Below, in pieces: positions 1-7,914 of a DNA stretch of 61,951 bases. The first letter of the stretch is position 1; each line of letters begins with the position of its first letter. The stretch spans positions 1 to 61,951 of IMG/VR virus record IMGVR_UViG_3300017971_000301; one strand, given 5' to 3'. A program made the position numbers and the translations under genes. Source of the stretch: a virus (taxonomy: Duplodnaviria; Caudoviricetes). The notes under the pieces are model-generated. The model was not told where the DNA came from and did not search any database. It worked only from the letters and a program-made list of their open reading frames with translations.

Positions 1-1416
1 ATTCTCGGACCGCCCGGCACTGGAAAGACCACCCGATTGCTCGAGATTCTGTCGCAGGAGATATCCGACGGGACTCCTGCCAATCAGATTGCTTTTGTGT
101 CGTTTACCAGAAAGGGTGCATACGAGGCCAGAGACAGAGTTGTGGATCAGTTCGATTACTCCCCACGGGAACTCCCTTTCTTCAAGACTCTACATAGTAT
201 TGCTTTCAAAGCGACTGGCGCTCAAACCGATCAGGTTCTCCAGAGAGACAATTACAAGGAGCTGGGGGAGATAACCGGATTTCCTTTCAAAGGATTTATT
301 CGCGAGGATGATCCATATAGCAGCGCTCTTGGGGATACACTAATGTTTGTAATTGGGTATGCCCGAAACACAAGGCAAACACTAGAGAAAACCTGGAAAC
401 AGATAGGGCGAGACTTGGATTGGATGAAGCTAAGATACATGGCCGAAACCTTGGATAAGTACAAGGACATAAACCATCTGATTGATTTCACTGATATGAT
501 CGAACGGTTTATCGATCAGGAGAAATCTGTGCCCGTTAAAGTGGCCATGATAGACGAGGCGCAGGATTTATCCAGATTACAATGGGAAATGGCTCAGATC
601 GCCTTTCAAGACGTAGATCGACTGTATATTGCCGGCGACGATGATCAGGCTATATATCAATGGTCTGGTGCGGATATTAAGCAGTTCCTTTCCATTCAAG
701 CTGACCGAGAAGTTCTGGATCAATCTCACAGGATACCTCGCTCGATATTTCCTGTGGGGAACAATATTGCCGATCGAATTAAAACCAGATACGACAAGAA
801 ATTTCGTCCTAAGAAACAAATGGGAATTGTGAATCAAATTCCTTATCTGGATCTGATCAAACTGAACTCAGATCAAACATGGCTTTTGTTAGCAAGAAAT
901 AGATATCTCCTCAGTGAATATGAACAATTGGTAGAACAACAGGGATTCGCCTATTCCACAAAGAAAGGTAGCAGTGTCAACGAGAACCATAGAACTGCCA
1001 TTTATGCCTACGAACGACTTCGCAGAGGAGGGGATATAACAGAAGACGATGAAAGAGTGTTGGGGAAGTTTATGCCCCGTCGATTGGTTCCTGATATTGA
1101 CGAGGACTCCCCTCCCTGGTTTGATGCTCTCCAAAGAATTCCCGTGAGTCGTCGGGTTTACTATCAGACCGTTTTGAAACAAGGCGGGAGGGGTGCTTTA
1201 CGGGTCGAACCAAATATTCACATTGATACAATTCATGGGGTGAAAGGAGGGGAAGCCGATAATGTAGTTCTAATGTCTGATATATCCTACAGAACGTGGG
1301 AGGGAATGGAGCACGATCCAGATCAGGAGCACCGAGTCTTCTATGTTGGAACGACCCGCGCCAAACAAAACCTGTTTCTTGTCCTTCCGCAGACCGATCT
1401 ATATTATCGGTTCTAA
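1..1416 (+). CDS. UvrD/Rep-family (SF1) DNA helicase, 5' end truncated
   Basis: Frame 1 from base 1 reads ILGPPGTGKTTRL (Walker A); also FTRKGA, IDEAQD, AGDDDQAIY, QSHR, TIHGVKGGE and YVGTTRAK. The true start lies before the window. Confidence 0.93.
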   Translation: MLGPPGTGKTTRLLEILSQEISDGTPANQIAFVSFTRKGAYEARDRVVDQFDYSPRELPFFKTLHSIAFKATGAQTDQVLQRDNYKELGEITGFPFKGFIREDDPYSSALGDTLMFVIGYARNTRQTLEKTWKQIGRDLDWMKLRYMAETLDKYKDINHLIDFTDMIERFIDQEKSVPVKVAMIDEAQDLSRLQWEMAQIAFQDVDRLYIAGDDDQAIYQWSGADIKQFLSIQADREVLDQSHRIPRSIFPVGNNIADRIKTRYDKKFRPKKQMGIVNQIPYLDLIKLNSDQTWLLLARNRYLLSEYEQLVEQQGFAYSTKKGSSVNENHRTAIYAYERLRRGGDITEDDERVLGKFMPRRLVPDIDEDSPPWFDALQRIPVSRRVYYQTVLKQGGRGALRVEPNIHIDTIHGVKGGEADNVVLMSDISYRTWEGMEHDPDQEHRVFYVGTTRAKQNLFLVLPQTDLYYRF

Positions 1417-1417
1417 T

Positions 1418-1621
1418 ATGACACAGAAAGGTAGAGTGAAAGGAAAAGATATCAAAACCAGTATTGTTAACTGTCCACGATGTAAGGGGAACCATAGCCC
1501 ACAACTATTCAAATTGCTAAAGAATCCATCAAAAGATTATACGCACTGGACAATGTGCCCAAAGACAAAGGAACCTATTCTTCTAATCCCAGAATTCCTG
1601 GAGGAACAAAATGAAGTGTAA
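1418..1621 (+). CDS. small hypothetical protein with CxxC
   Basis: ATG just after the helicase stop; CPRC...H and a later C; overlaps the next gene. Confidence 0.55.
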   Translation: MTQKGRVKGKDIKTSIVNCPRCKGNHSPQLFKLLKNPSKDYTHWTMCPKTKEPILLIPEFLEEQNEV

Positions 1622-1775
1622 ACAGTGTGGATCAAAGAACTTAATCATAGTGCCTTCAGGTCCGCATCAGAAATTAGTGTGTGCCGATTGTTTAGCTTAT
1701 CAAAAATTCCTGAGCAAACAGGATGCGAAAACCTTCAAACAGATCCAGGAGATAAAAAATGGTAACATTAAATAA
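1611..1775 (+). CDS. small zinc-ribbon protein (54 aa, below the ORF-track cutoff)
   Basis: GGAGG RBS; MKCKQCGSKN...CADC; translated by hand. Confidence 0.6.
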   Translation: MKCKQCGSKNLIIVPSGPHQKLVCADCLAYQKFLSKQDAKTFKQIQEIKNGNIK

Positions 1776-2034
1776 CACGAAGATAGAGGATTCCATTCAT
1801 GGGATGAATGCCCTGGACAACCTTATAGAAGAAATCGAAATAGCCATTAGCAAGGCACTCAATCAAACTATTCGTCAAATCGTTCTTCCAAAACAACTAA
1901 CCCTGGAGGGTGTGTCAATTCAGTTCATTGACACAACTACCATGGACATGAAAGGAAAGGCATATATAGTGGGCCCGGTTCAGGTTCACTGTGTCTATGT
2001 CCGCCCGGAAAGAAGACCTAATGGAACTAGTTGA
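1759..2034 (+). CDS. hypothetical protein
   Basis: AGGAG RBS; tightly packed in the operon. Confidence 0.55.
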   Translation: MVTLNNTKIEDSIHGMNALDNLIEEIEIAISKALNQTIRQIVLPKQLTLEGVSIQFIDTTTMDMKGKAYIVGPVQVHCVYVRPERRPNGTS

Positions 2035-2203
2035 CCCGATCTGCGACAATTGTGGAAAGCCCTGTGGCTGGCATATGGAAGACTTTGGGATCGGATCCTA
2101 TGAATATGGCAACGCGACAGGAGTCGATAAGAACGAGCATCCTGTATCTAATTGCTGTGGAGTTCCAATTTCTGAGGAGGAAAGTGATGCTAATTCAGGT
2201 TGA
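2021..2203 (+). CDS. small Cys-rich hypothetical protein
   Basis: CDNCGKPC...SNCC; overlaps both neighbours. Confidence 0.5.
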   Translation: MELVDPICDNCGKPCGWHMEDFGIGSYEYGNATGVDKNEHPVSNCCGVPISEEESDANSG

Positions 2204-2453
2204 TTTCTACAAAGAAACCGGTAAATGGTATGCCGGGGGAAGAATGGAAGTTGACGCGAAAGCCTATGATACTCAGGGCGTCATGAGGAACATTAGGGAT
2301 GGCCAGAAGTTCCTGGTTCCTGGTGTATTCGATCCCCCAGTTGAATTCTATGTTGTGGTTTCTGATATCCCAGAATCAATGGCTGATCCGAACTATAGAA
2401 TGACCTATTCCCGGTTGTATACTCCAGATCAGATTGAAACCATGACCCAATAA
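2187..2453 (+). CDS. hypothetical protein
   Basis: GAGGAGG RBS before ATG 2187 (MLIQVDFYKETGKWY); last gene before a terminator. Confidence 0.6.
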   Translation: MLIQVDFYKETGKWYAGGRMEVDAKAYDTQGVMRNIRDGQKFLVPGVFDPPVEFYVVVSDIPESMADPNYRMTYSRLYTPDQIETMTQ

Positions 2454-2454
2454 A

Positions 2455-2484
2455 AAAGGCCGCCCTCTACTGAGAGCGGCCTTT
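2455..2484 (-). terminator. Rho-independent terminator between convergent genes
   Basis: AAAGGCCGC(C)CTC-TACT-GAG(A)GCGGCCTTT stem; followed by a U-run on the - strand. Confidence 0.7.
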
Positions 2485-2500
2485 CCAGGGGGAACCGGGA

Positions 2501-3118
2501 TCAGTCTTTTTCTACCAAGCTGTAGGTCTTGGAAGCCCGATCGTATGAGACAACCAGAAGATCCTTGGTTCGGCTCGGGTTTCTGAGGATGGCGAGGGCG
2601 ACTGACAGGTTCTTCTTATCGAATCCGGTGTAAACTGTCAAATCATCCTGCGTCCACTCAGTCTTGGCTGAGAAAGCCAGCCTGATCTTGTCGGCCTTGT
2701 TAACCTTCTTCCCCTCGGGATCTTTAACGACCGCGGGAGCCGGAGCCGGAGTCGGAGCGGTATTGATCTTCTCCCAGACTGCGGTAACCAGATCAGCCTT
2801 GGTCATTTTTGACATGCTGCCGTCGGCCTTGGTCTGTTTCTTCATCTCTCTGAGCTGCGGGACTGTCATTGCCTGAAGTTCTTTCTTAGTCATTTTCCTG
2901 TTCTCCTTTCTAATAGGTGTCGGGTTATCCCCATATTCTTTGACTGTGTAGCTGAAGGATCCGAATGAAGGACCCTCGTTCATCGTCCGGTTTAATCTGG
3001 CGGCCTCAGTATCAGCCTCTTCCTTATTATCTGTTTCGTAAATCCCATCCTTGGTCTTTAGCCATGCCTCTCTGTATCCCATTGTGCCGTTGCTGGTTGC
3101 CCAAATTCTGTAAGTCAT
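2501..3118 (-). CDS. DNA-binding protein (HeH/Rho-N-like plus winged-helix-like), with an internal in-frame start at 2893
   Basis: RBS+ATG at 3118 (MTYRIW) and AAAGGAG+ATG at 2893 (MTKKELQAMTVPQLRE). The C-terminal half is paralogous to 8461-8940. Confidence 0.6.
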   Translation of the reverse strand: MTYRIWATSNGTMGYREAWLKTKDGIYETDNKEEADTEAARLNRTMNEGPSFGSFSYTVKEYGDNPTPIRKENRKMTKKELQAMTVPQLREMKKQTKADGSMSKMTKADLVTAVWEKINTAPTPAPAPAVVKDPEGKKVNKADKIRLAFSAKTEWTQDDLTVYTGFDKKNLSVALAILRNPSRTKDLLVVSYDRASKTYSLVEKD

Positions 3119-3163
3119 TCTGTTTTCCCCTTTGTATGTTTTGTTGTGTGCCATGCCTATTTC

Positions 3164-3184
3164 TAATGCGGTATCTGTGCCAAA
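3164..3184 (-). promoter_or_regulatory. sigma54-like (-24/-12) promoter, leftward copy
   Basis: TTTGGCACAGATACCGCATTA on the - strand, i.e. GG-N10-GC; identical to 3637-3657. Confidence 0.55.
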
Positions 3185-3636
3185 CATTAGAAACTGAGAA
3201 AAATATATTAGGAAGAGAAAAGTGTAATGATTATAGAGATTTATGTAGAGAGGGAAAAATCCCTCTACGCGCGAGCAATAGAATAAGGGGGAAAACCGTC
3301 TCATTGTCGCAGACCGTCTCGAATAAAAACTCGATACGTCTCGAATGATATTTTGCAACAATTATAGAGATTTATAAAAACCCGAAACGATCGTCTTAAG
3401 TTTTGTATCGAGTAGAGAATTTGATTAATAACGATCAATTGTGATAAGCCCCCTTTTTATTAATGATTTCAACTAGTTATAGATGGATCGTTTTGTGATC
3501 AGATCGACCAATCCGTAATAAAACTTGGTTTTTTTCAGCTTCCTTTCTATTTTTGCCTGAAAAAAACTCGAACTTTTTTATAAACCCCGGTAAACATTAA
3601 GAATTTTCACTCTTCAAAAAATACAGAACTCTTCAC

Positions 3637-3657
3637 TTTGGCACAGATACCGCATTA
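3637..3657 (+). promoter_or_regulatory. sigma54-like (-24/-12) promoter, rightward copy
   Basis: TTTGGCACAGATACCGCATTA; perfect 21-bp inverted repeat of 3164-3184; followed by a similar leader and RBS. Confidence 0.55.
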
Positions 3658-3702
3658 CCTATTAGTATGACACGGAAAAAACAAAACACAGGGGGAAACA
3701 AG

Positions 3703-3828
3703 ATGAGTGGAACAGTAACCAAAAGACATTTCTTCCTGATTTGGAGGGAGTTCGGTCTGAAAACAGCCCTTCATGTTCTGGTATCCAGGGAATCGGTCGC
3801 TCTTCTGGTTCTAATGGGGGAAATATAA
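3703..3828 (+). CDS. small protein (41 aa, below the ORF-track cutoff)
   Basis: GGGGG RBS; MSGTVTKRHFFLIWREFG...; first ORF after the promoter; stop abuts the next RBS. Confidence 0.5.
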   Translation: MSGTVTKRHFFLIWREFGLKTALHVLVSRESVALLVLMGEI

Positions 3829-3838
3829 GGAGGTCCGT

Positions 3839-4705
3839 ATGTCTACCATTCATAATCCAGTCAATTTCAATCCGCAAGACTACCGGGTCGTGGGATACTT
3901 CGACAACCATCCCCCGATGTATTACTTTGGGATGGCCGAATCTGCCTATCAGGCTATGCTAAGAGATTGGGAATTGGGTTTGACCCAAGTTTATGGTCCT
4001 GACTTCAGATCTAAGATTCATTCCTGTGTTCACTGTGGGAACGGCACAGTTCGCTACATTTCTGCCTGTGAACATATCCCCTCAGGCGAGATCGTAACAT
4101 TCGGTAGTTCTTGCGTTCATAGACTGGATCTGCCGAACGCTGACGCCTTCAAGGCCAAGTATATCAGGGATCAGGCTGCTATAGAAAGGAAGAAAAAGGA
4201 AATAGCTGAGGCCATGGAAAAGGTCCTGAATGATAATCCAGATTTCAAGGCCGCTGTCGCCTGTTTCGATGAACATGCAGATACCGTCCATATGAGGAAC
4301 AGTTTCGCCAGAGACATCCTTCACAAGTTCAGGAAGTACGGGAACCTGTCCGATCGGCAGAGAGACTGCTTCACAGAGTCCATTTCCAGAGACCATGAAT
4401 ATCAAGCCCGCAAAGAGGCTGAGGCAAACGAGCCGAAAGGACCGGCTCCCACTGGTCGGCAGGAAGTCACAGGCACCGTCTTATCTATAAAGGAACAGGA
4501 TACCCCGTTTGGATTCACCCTGAAAATGCTGGTCAAGCTGGAGAACAATTCTAAAGTCTGGTGCACAGTCCCCTCGGCCGCCCTGGATGAACTTGATCGC
4601 AGAGACGAAATCACCTTCAAGGCAACTTTCACTCCCAGCGACGATGATCCCCATTTCGCTTTCGGTTCCAGACCCACACTAATCAGTATAAACGGAGAGA
4701 GGTAA
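3839..4705 (+). CDS. hypothetical early protein (CxxC, possible C-terminal OB-like domain)
   Basis: AAGGAGG RBS; CVHCG...GSSC; beta-rich C-terminus. Confidence 0.7.
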   Translation: MSTIHNPVNFNPQDYRVVGYFDNHPPMYYFGMAESAYQAMLRDWELGLTQVYGPDFRSKIHSCVHCGNGTVRYISACEHIPSGEIVTFGSSCVHRLDLPNADAFKAKYIRDQAAIERKKKEIAEAMEKVLNDNPDFKAAVACFDEHADTVHMRNSFARDILHKFRKYGNLSDRQRDCFTESISRDHEYQARKEAEANEPKGPAPTGRQEVTGTVLSIKEQDTPFGFTLKMLVKLENNSKVWCTVPSAALDELDRRDEITFKATFTPSDDDPHFAFGSRPTLISINGER

Positions 4706-4707
4706 AC

Positions 4708-4959
4708 ATGACAGAACATCAATTAGAAAGATTCCTAAAGTTGAGAATCCAGGAGAAAGAATCAGAACTAATTCGCACCAGAACCTTAGCCGCTGTCATT
4801 GGTCTGCATGTCTCTGATTCCGATTTCATCGAGGTTAGAACTCAGACCCGAGAAGATGAGGGGAATATCGACACGATTGACGATCGGATCTGGCTTGGGC
4901 TTTTGGTAAAACTGGAAGAAAAAGTTGGAGAAATATCAACAAAAGGGGTTTACAAATAA
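4708..4959 (+). CDS. hypothetical protein
   Basis: GAGG RBS; operon position. Confidence 0.55.
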   Translation: MTEHQLERFLKLRIQEKESELIRTRTLAAVIGLHVSDSDFIEVRTQTREDEGNIDTIDDRIWLGLLVKLEEKVGEISTKGVYK

Positions 4960-4977
4960 CTTAATCAGTGATACAAT
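4949..4977 (+). promoter_or_regulatory. sigma70-type promoter
   Basis: TTTACA-N17-TACAAT with TG extension. Confidence 0.75.
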
Positions 4978-5006
4978 GAAGTTAAATAATCAACAAGGAG
5001 GAAACC

Positions 5007-5216
5007 ATGTCACTCATCATTTGCCCCACCTGTTACAAAATGAAGAACATGAACGACGAGTGGATCGATATGGATATCGATCCTGATGAAGTTAGCGATC
5101 AGGCAGAGTTCGAACGTTGCCCGGATCATCGACACGAAATTCGCATTGCAAGCGTCGAGCGTGCCGATAAATCCATGATCGGTGATGATCACACTGTTTG
5201 GTCGGAGATAATCTAA
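5007..5216 (+). CDS. small Cys-containing hypothetical protein
   Basis: AAGGAGG RBS; CPTC...CPDH. Confidence 0.6.
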   Translation: MSLIICPTCYKMKNMNDEWIDMDIDPDEVSDQAEFERCPDHRHEIRIASVERADKSMIGDDHTVWSEII

Positions 5217-5561
5217 ATGGCGACAAAAACAGATATTCAATTACAAACCCAAATGCTGGCCGATAACCTTGCAACAATGTTTCTTCCGCAACCGGACGAC
5301 GATTGTTACATACTGATCAAGGGATCTGGGATAGCACAGTATGATCCCAAAACAAACATCGTCCAAATATCGATTGGGCGGGTTTGCATTGATACTATAT
5401 GCCATGAACTAGCTCATTGGATTCACTACCGATTGAATGGCGATTCTGATTGCGGCAATGGCAACGTATTAAGCAAAGCGCATTCAGAGTGGTCTCTAAC
5501 AATCCGCGAATATGCGGATTCAATCGGTTATACCAAATGGCTTCAAAATACACTAAGATAG
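5217..5561 (+). CDS. small zincin-like metallopeptidase (HEXXH)
   Basis: TICHELAHWIH plus a downstream His (AHSEW). Confidence 0.6.
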   Translation: MATKTDIQLQTQMLADNLATMFLPQPDDDCYILIKGSGIAQYDPKTNIVQISIGRVCIDTICHELAHWIHYRLNGDSDCGNGNVLSKAHSEWSLTIREYADSIGYTKWLQNTLR

Positions 5562-5572
5562 GAAAGGAGAAT

Positions 5573-5845
5573 ATGAAAAAAGAAAAACGAGACGGTCGCC
5601 AATTGGCAATGGATTTTTTCCTTGACCTTGGCTTCAGGCCCGATCGATACGGGAACCTGAAGAAGACCACGGGGAAAGGGAAAGTGTATCGGGTCAAGTT
5701 CAATCCTAACAAACTCAGATACGAGATTAAAATCGTCCATGGGTCTGGCGATAGTTCGTGGGTCCGCATCGCCAGTGGTTACTATAGCAAACTGTCTATC
5801 GATTCTAAGACCGGCAAACTGTTAGGTCTTAGTCGAAGATACTAA
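5573..5845 (+). CDS. basic hypothetical protein
   Basis: AAGGAG RBS before ATG 5573; Lys/Arg-rich. Confidence 0.6.
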   Translation: MKKEKRDGRQLAMDFFLDLGFRPDRYGNLKKTTGKGKVYRVKFNPNKLRYEIKIVHGSGDSSWVRIASGYYSKLSIDSKTGKLLGLSRRY

Positions 5846-5890
5846 AGAATATTAATCCGGAAAAATAACTCATCAGAATGAAAAAAGATG

Positions 5891-5919
5891 TTTACAAATC
5901 GATTCTCCTACGATACAAT
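5891..5919 (+). promoter_or_regulatory. sigma70-type promoter
   Basis: TTTACA-N17-TACAAT. Confidence 0.75.
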
Positions 5920-5951
5920 AGAATTATAACAATCAACAAGGGGGAAATACC

Positions 5952-6665
5952 ATGGAGAAAAGATCAGAAGAATCAGTCGTCAGAGCCGTTGCGGAACCTG
6001 AGTTCACGGAAACCTGGCACCCGGTTTCACACGCCCGCGTTCTTGACAGCCTTGAGGCTGCGACAGCGGAAGCCGGTCTGTCAATCACCGATCGAAGCTA
6101 CTCCCTAACAGATTCCGGTGGGAATATGTTTGGAACGTGGGGACTTCTGGATGGGGACACCGACAAGGAAATTGGTTGGCAATTGGGTTTCCGCAACTCT
6201 ATCACAGGGAAGTTCGCAGTCGGCCTTACGGCCGGAACAACTGTCTTCGTTTGTTCCAATATGATGTTCTCGGGGGAATTCCTGACTTTCCGTCGACACA
6301 CCAAGGGAATGGATGATGCGGAACTTCTTCGCTTATCCACTGAGGCGATCGGGATGCTCATCACTAAGATCGAGGGGGAAGTCAAGTGGCACGCGGGTCT
6401 TCGGGAAGTTCCTGTCGATCCTGTTGACTTCAAAGTTCTAACCTATGATGCCATGGCAAAAGGGGTATTCCCCTCGAGCAAGTTCTCCAGTTTCCTACAG
6501 TGCCACGATGAAGAACTGGAAATCGCCAATGGAACCCAAAACCTCTACACCTTCCACGGTGCCGCCACCCGCCTTATGAGAAACGAGAGTTTATTCCAGA
6601 TTGCCAACCGTTCTGTCGCCCTGAAGAACGTGGCTGATGATTACATGATGCGGGTCACCGCCTAA
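5952..6665 (+). CDS. DUF932-like protein
   Basis: WHPVSH, LGFRNS, G..VFVCSNMMFSG, RRHT pattern typical of DUF932 phage proteins. Confidence 0.7.
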   Translation: MEKRSEESVVRAVAEPEFTETWHPVSHARVLDSLEAATAEAGLSITDRSYSLTDSGGNMFGTWGLLDGDTDKEIGWQLGFRNSITGKFAVGLTAGTTVFVCSNMMFSGEFLTFRRHTKGMDDAELLRLSTEAIGMLITKIEGEVKWHAGLREVPVDPVDFKVLTYDAMAKGVFPSSKFSSFLQCHDEELEIANGTQNLYTFHGAATRLMRNESLFQIANRSVALKNVADDYMMRVTA

Positions 6666-6682
6666 CCTGGAACCTTCAAACG

Positions 6683-6704
6683 GGCCCTCCCTTCGGGGAG
6701 GGCC
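6683..6704 (+). other. cUUCGg-capped RNA hairpin directly before an RBS
   Basis: GGCCCTCCC-TTCG-GGGAGGGCC then AAGGAGAAC; no U-tract. Confidence 0.7.
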
Positions 6705-6716
6705 AAGGAGAACTCT

Positions 6717-7043
6717 ATGAGAGAAATAAGAGCTCGTTCCGTGACCCTGATAAAGGGTCTTCCTGTTCTGGATCAGCCCGAACTGATCCGAGTTCTGACA
6801 ATCAAGAAAAAGCATGTGGACGAAATGTCCTATTACAACAACCGGATGAATGGGGAGTTCTCGAAGATGGATAAGAAGTTCCTCGGCCGGTATGGACAAA
6901 CCATCATCTTCGCTGCGGTAGAGGAAGGGCGACTATATAAGATGGAGGTAATCGATTTCATTCGGGCGTGCAGAGAAGAGGAAATCCCGGCGGCAAAGGC
7001 AAACGAAATGGCTTATTCGTTGCCGGAATTGTTCACCACATAA
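6717..7043 (+). CDS. hypothetical protein
   Basis: AAGGAG RBS. Confidence 0.65.
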   Translation: MREIRARSVTLIKGLPVLDQPELIRVLTIKKKHVDEMSYYNNRMNGEFSKMDKKFLGRYGQTIIFAAVEEGRLYKMEVIDFIRACREEEIPAAKANEMAYSLPELFTT

Positions 7044-7052
7044 TCTGAAACC

Positions 7053-7080
7053 GGGGACGCTGTCTTCGGATGGCGTCCCC
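7053..7080 (+). other. cUUCGg-capped RNA hairpin directly before an RBS
   Basis: GGGGACGCTGTC-TTCG-GATGGCGTCCCC then AAGGAGAAC; no U-tract. Confidence 0.7.
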
Positions 7081-7094
7081 AAGGAGAACCAACC

Positions 7095-7631
7095 ATGGAT
7101 TCTAAACTACAGCAAAAGTTAGAAAAGATATACAATCTGGCTACCAGGGGAATCGCCGGGGAACAGGAATCCGCTAGAAAAATGCTCGAGGATCTACTGA
7201 AGAAGAATGACTTAACCGTAGAGGATCTGATCCAAGAAATCGAGCAGGAACAGTGGTATGAATTCACCTATTACAACGAGGCTGAGGCTCAATTGTTGGT
7301 CAATATCTACGGCCGAGAACTGAACACAAACAAGATGAAGTTCACAAAGAAGAGAGACCGGAAACGCCGAATGAAGATTAAACTGACACCCTCCCAGCAC
7401 GCGCGAATCCTGAAAAGGTATAACCTCCTAAAGAAAGTGATGAAGGTGGAATTGGCCAGAATACTAGATGCCGCTCAAACCGCCTTTATGGATAAGAACA
7501 ATTTGCTGGGTGATCCTGATCCAGACAAACCAAACGAAGACCCTGGATTCGACCTAGAAGTATTTGCACGGTTGGCTCAGATAATGCCAAGTGTGGCTGA
7601 TCCAGATGTAAGGAGAATATCTCATGAATAG
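7095..7631 (+). CDS. DUF2786-like protein
   Basis: N-terminal KLEKIYNLATRG..GEQESARKMLEDLLKK helix pattern. Confidence 0.55.
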   Translation: MDSKLQQKLEKIYNLATRGIAGEQESARKMLEDLLKKNDLTVEDLIQEIEQEQWYEFTYYNEAEAQLLVNIYGRELNTNKMKFTKKRDRKRRMKIKLTPSQHARILKRYNLLKKVMKVELARILDAAQTAFMDKNNLLGDPDPDKPNEDPGFDLEVFARLAQIMPSVADPDVRRISHE

Positions 7632-7893
7632 AATATCCATGGGTTACTTCAGCAATCGTCAACGATACACGAAGACCCATTTAGTTAGAAACGGGAAGCC
7701 CATTTGCAATAGCCAAATTGGACTTAATATGACTTACCAATTCTGTGCGACGAGTATCTGTCTAGACTTTGATCCTGAGTGTCTTGATCAATTAGAATGT
7801 GAATCCTGCAAGGCATTATTCAGGTTATGGCGAGCCGCTTATTCAACAAAACGATTTACAAACAGTCGAGAGTGTGGTACAATGGGCTTGTAA
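7624..7893 (+). CDS. Cys-rich hypothetical protein
   Basis: AAGGAG RBS; H...PIC...CESC. Confidence 0.55.
   Translation: MNRISMGYFSNRQRYTKTHLVRNGKPICNSQIGLNMTYQFCATSICLDFDPECLDQLECESCKALFRLWRAAYSTKRFTNSRECGTMGL
7855..7883 (+). promoter_or_regulatory. sigma70-type promoter
   Basis: TTTACA-N17-TACAAT with TGTG extension. Confidence 0.75.
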
Positions 7894-7914
7894 CAATCGG
7901 TAAGGGAGAACAGA

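Noticed and set aside
3119-3361. N-terminal 81 codons of the 286-aa ORF 2501-3361
   Set aside because: They run through the AT-rich promoter region with no RBS; the start at 3118 has a proper leader
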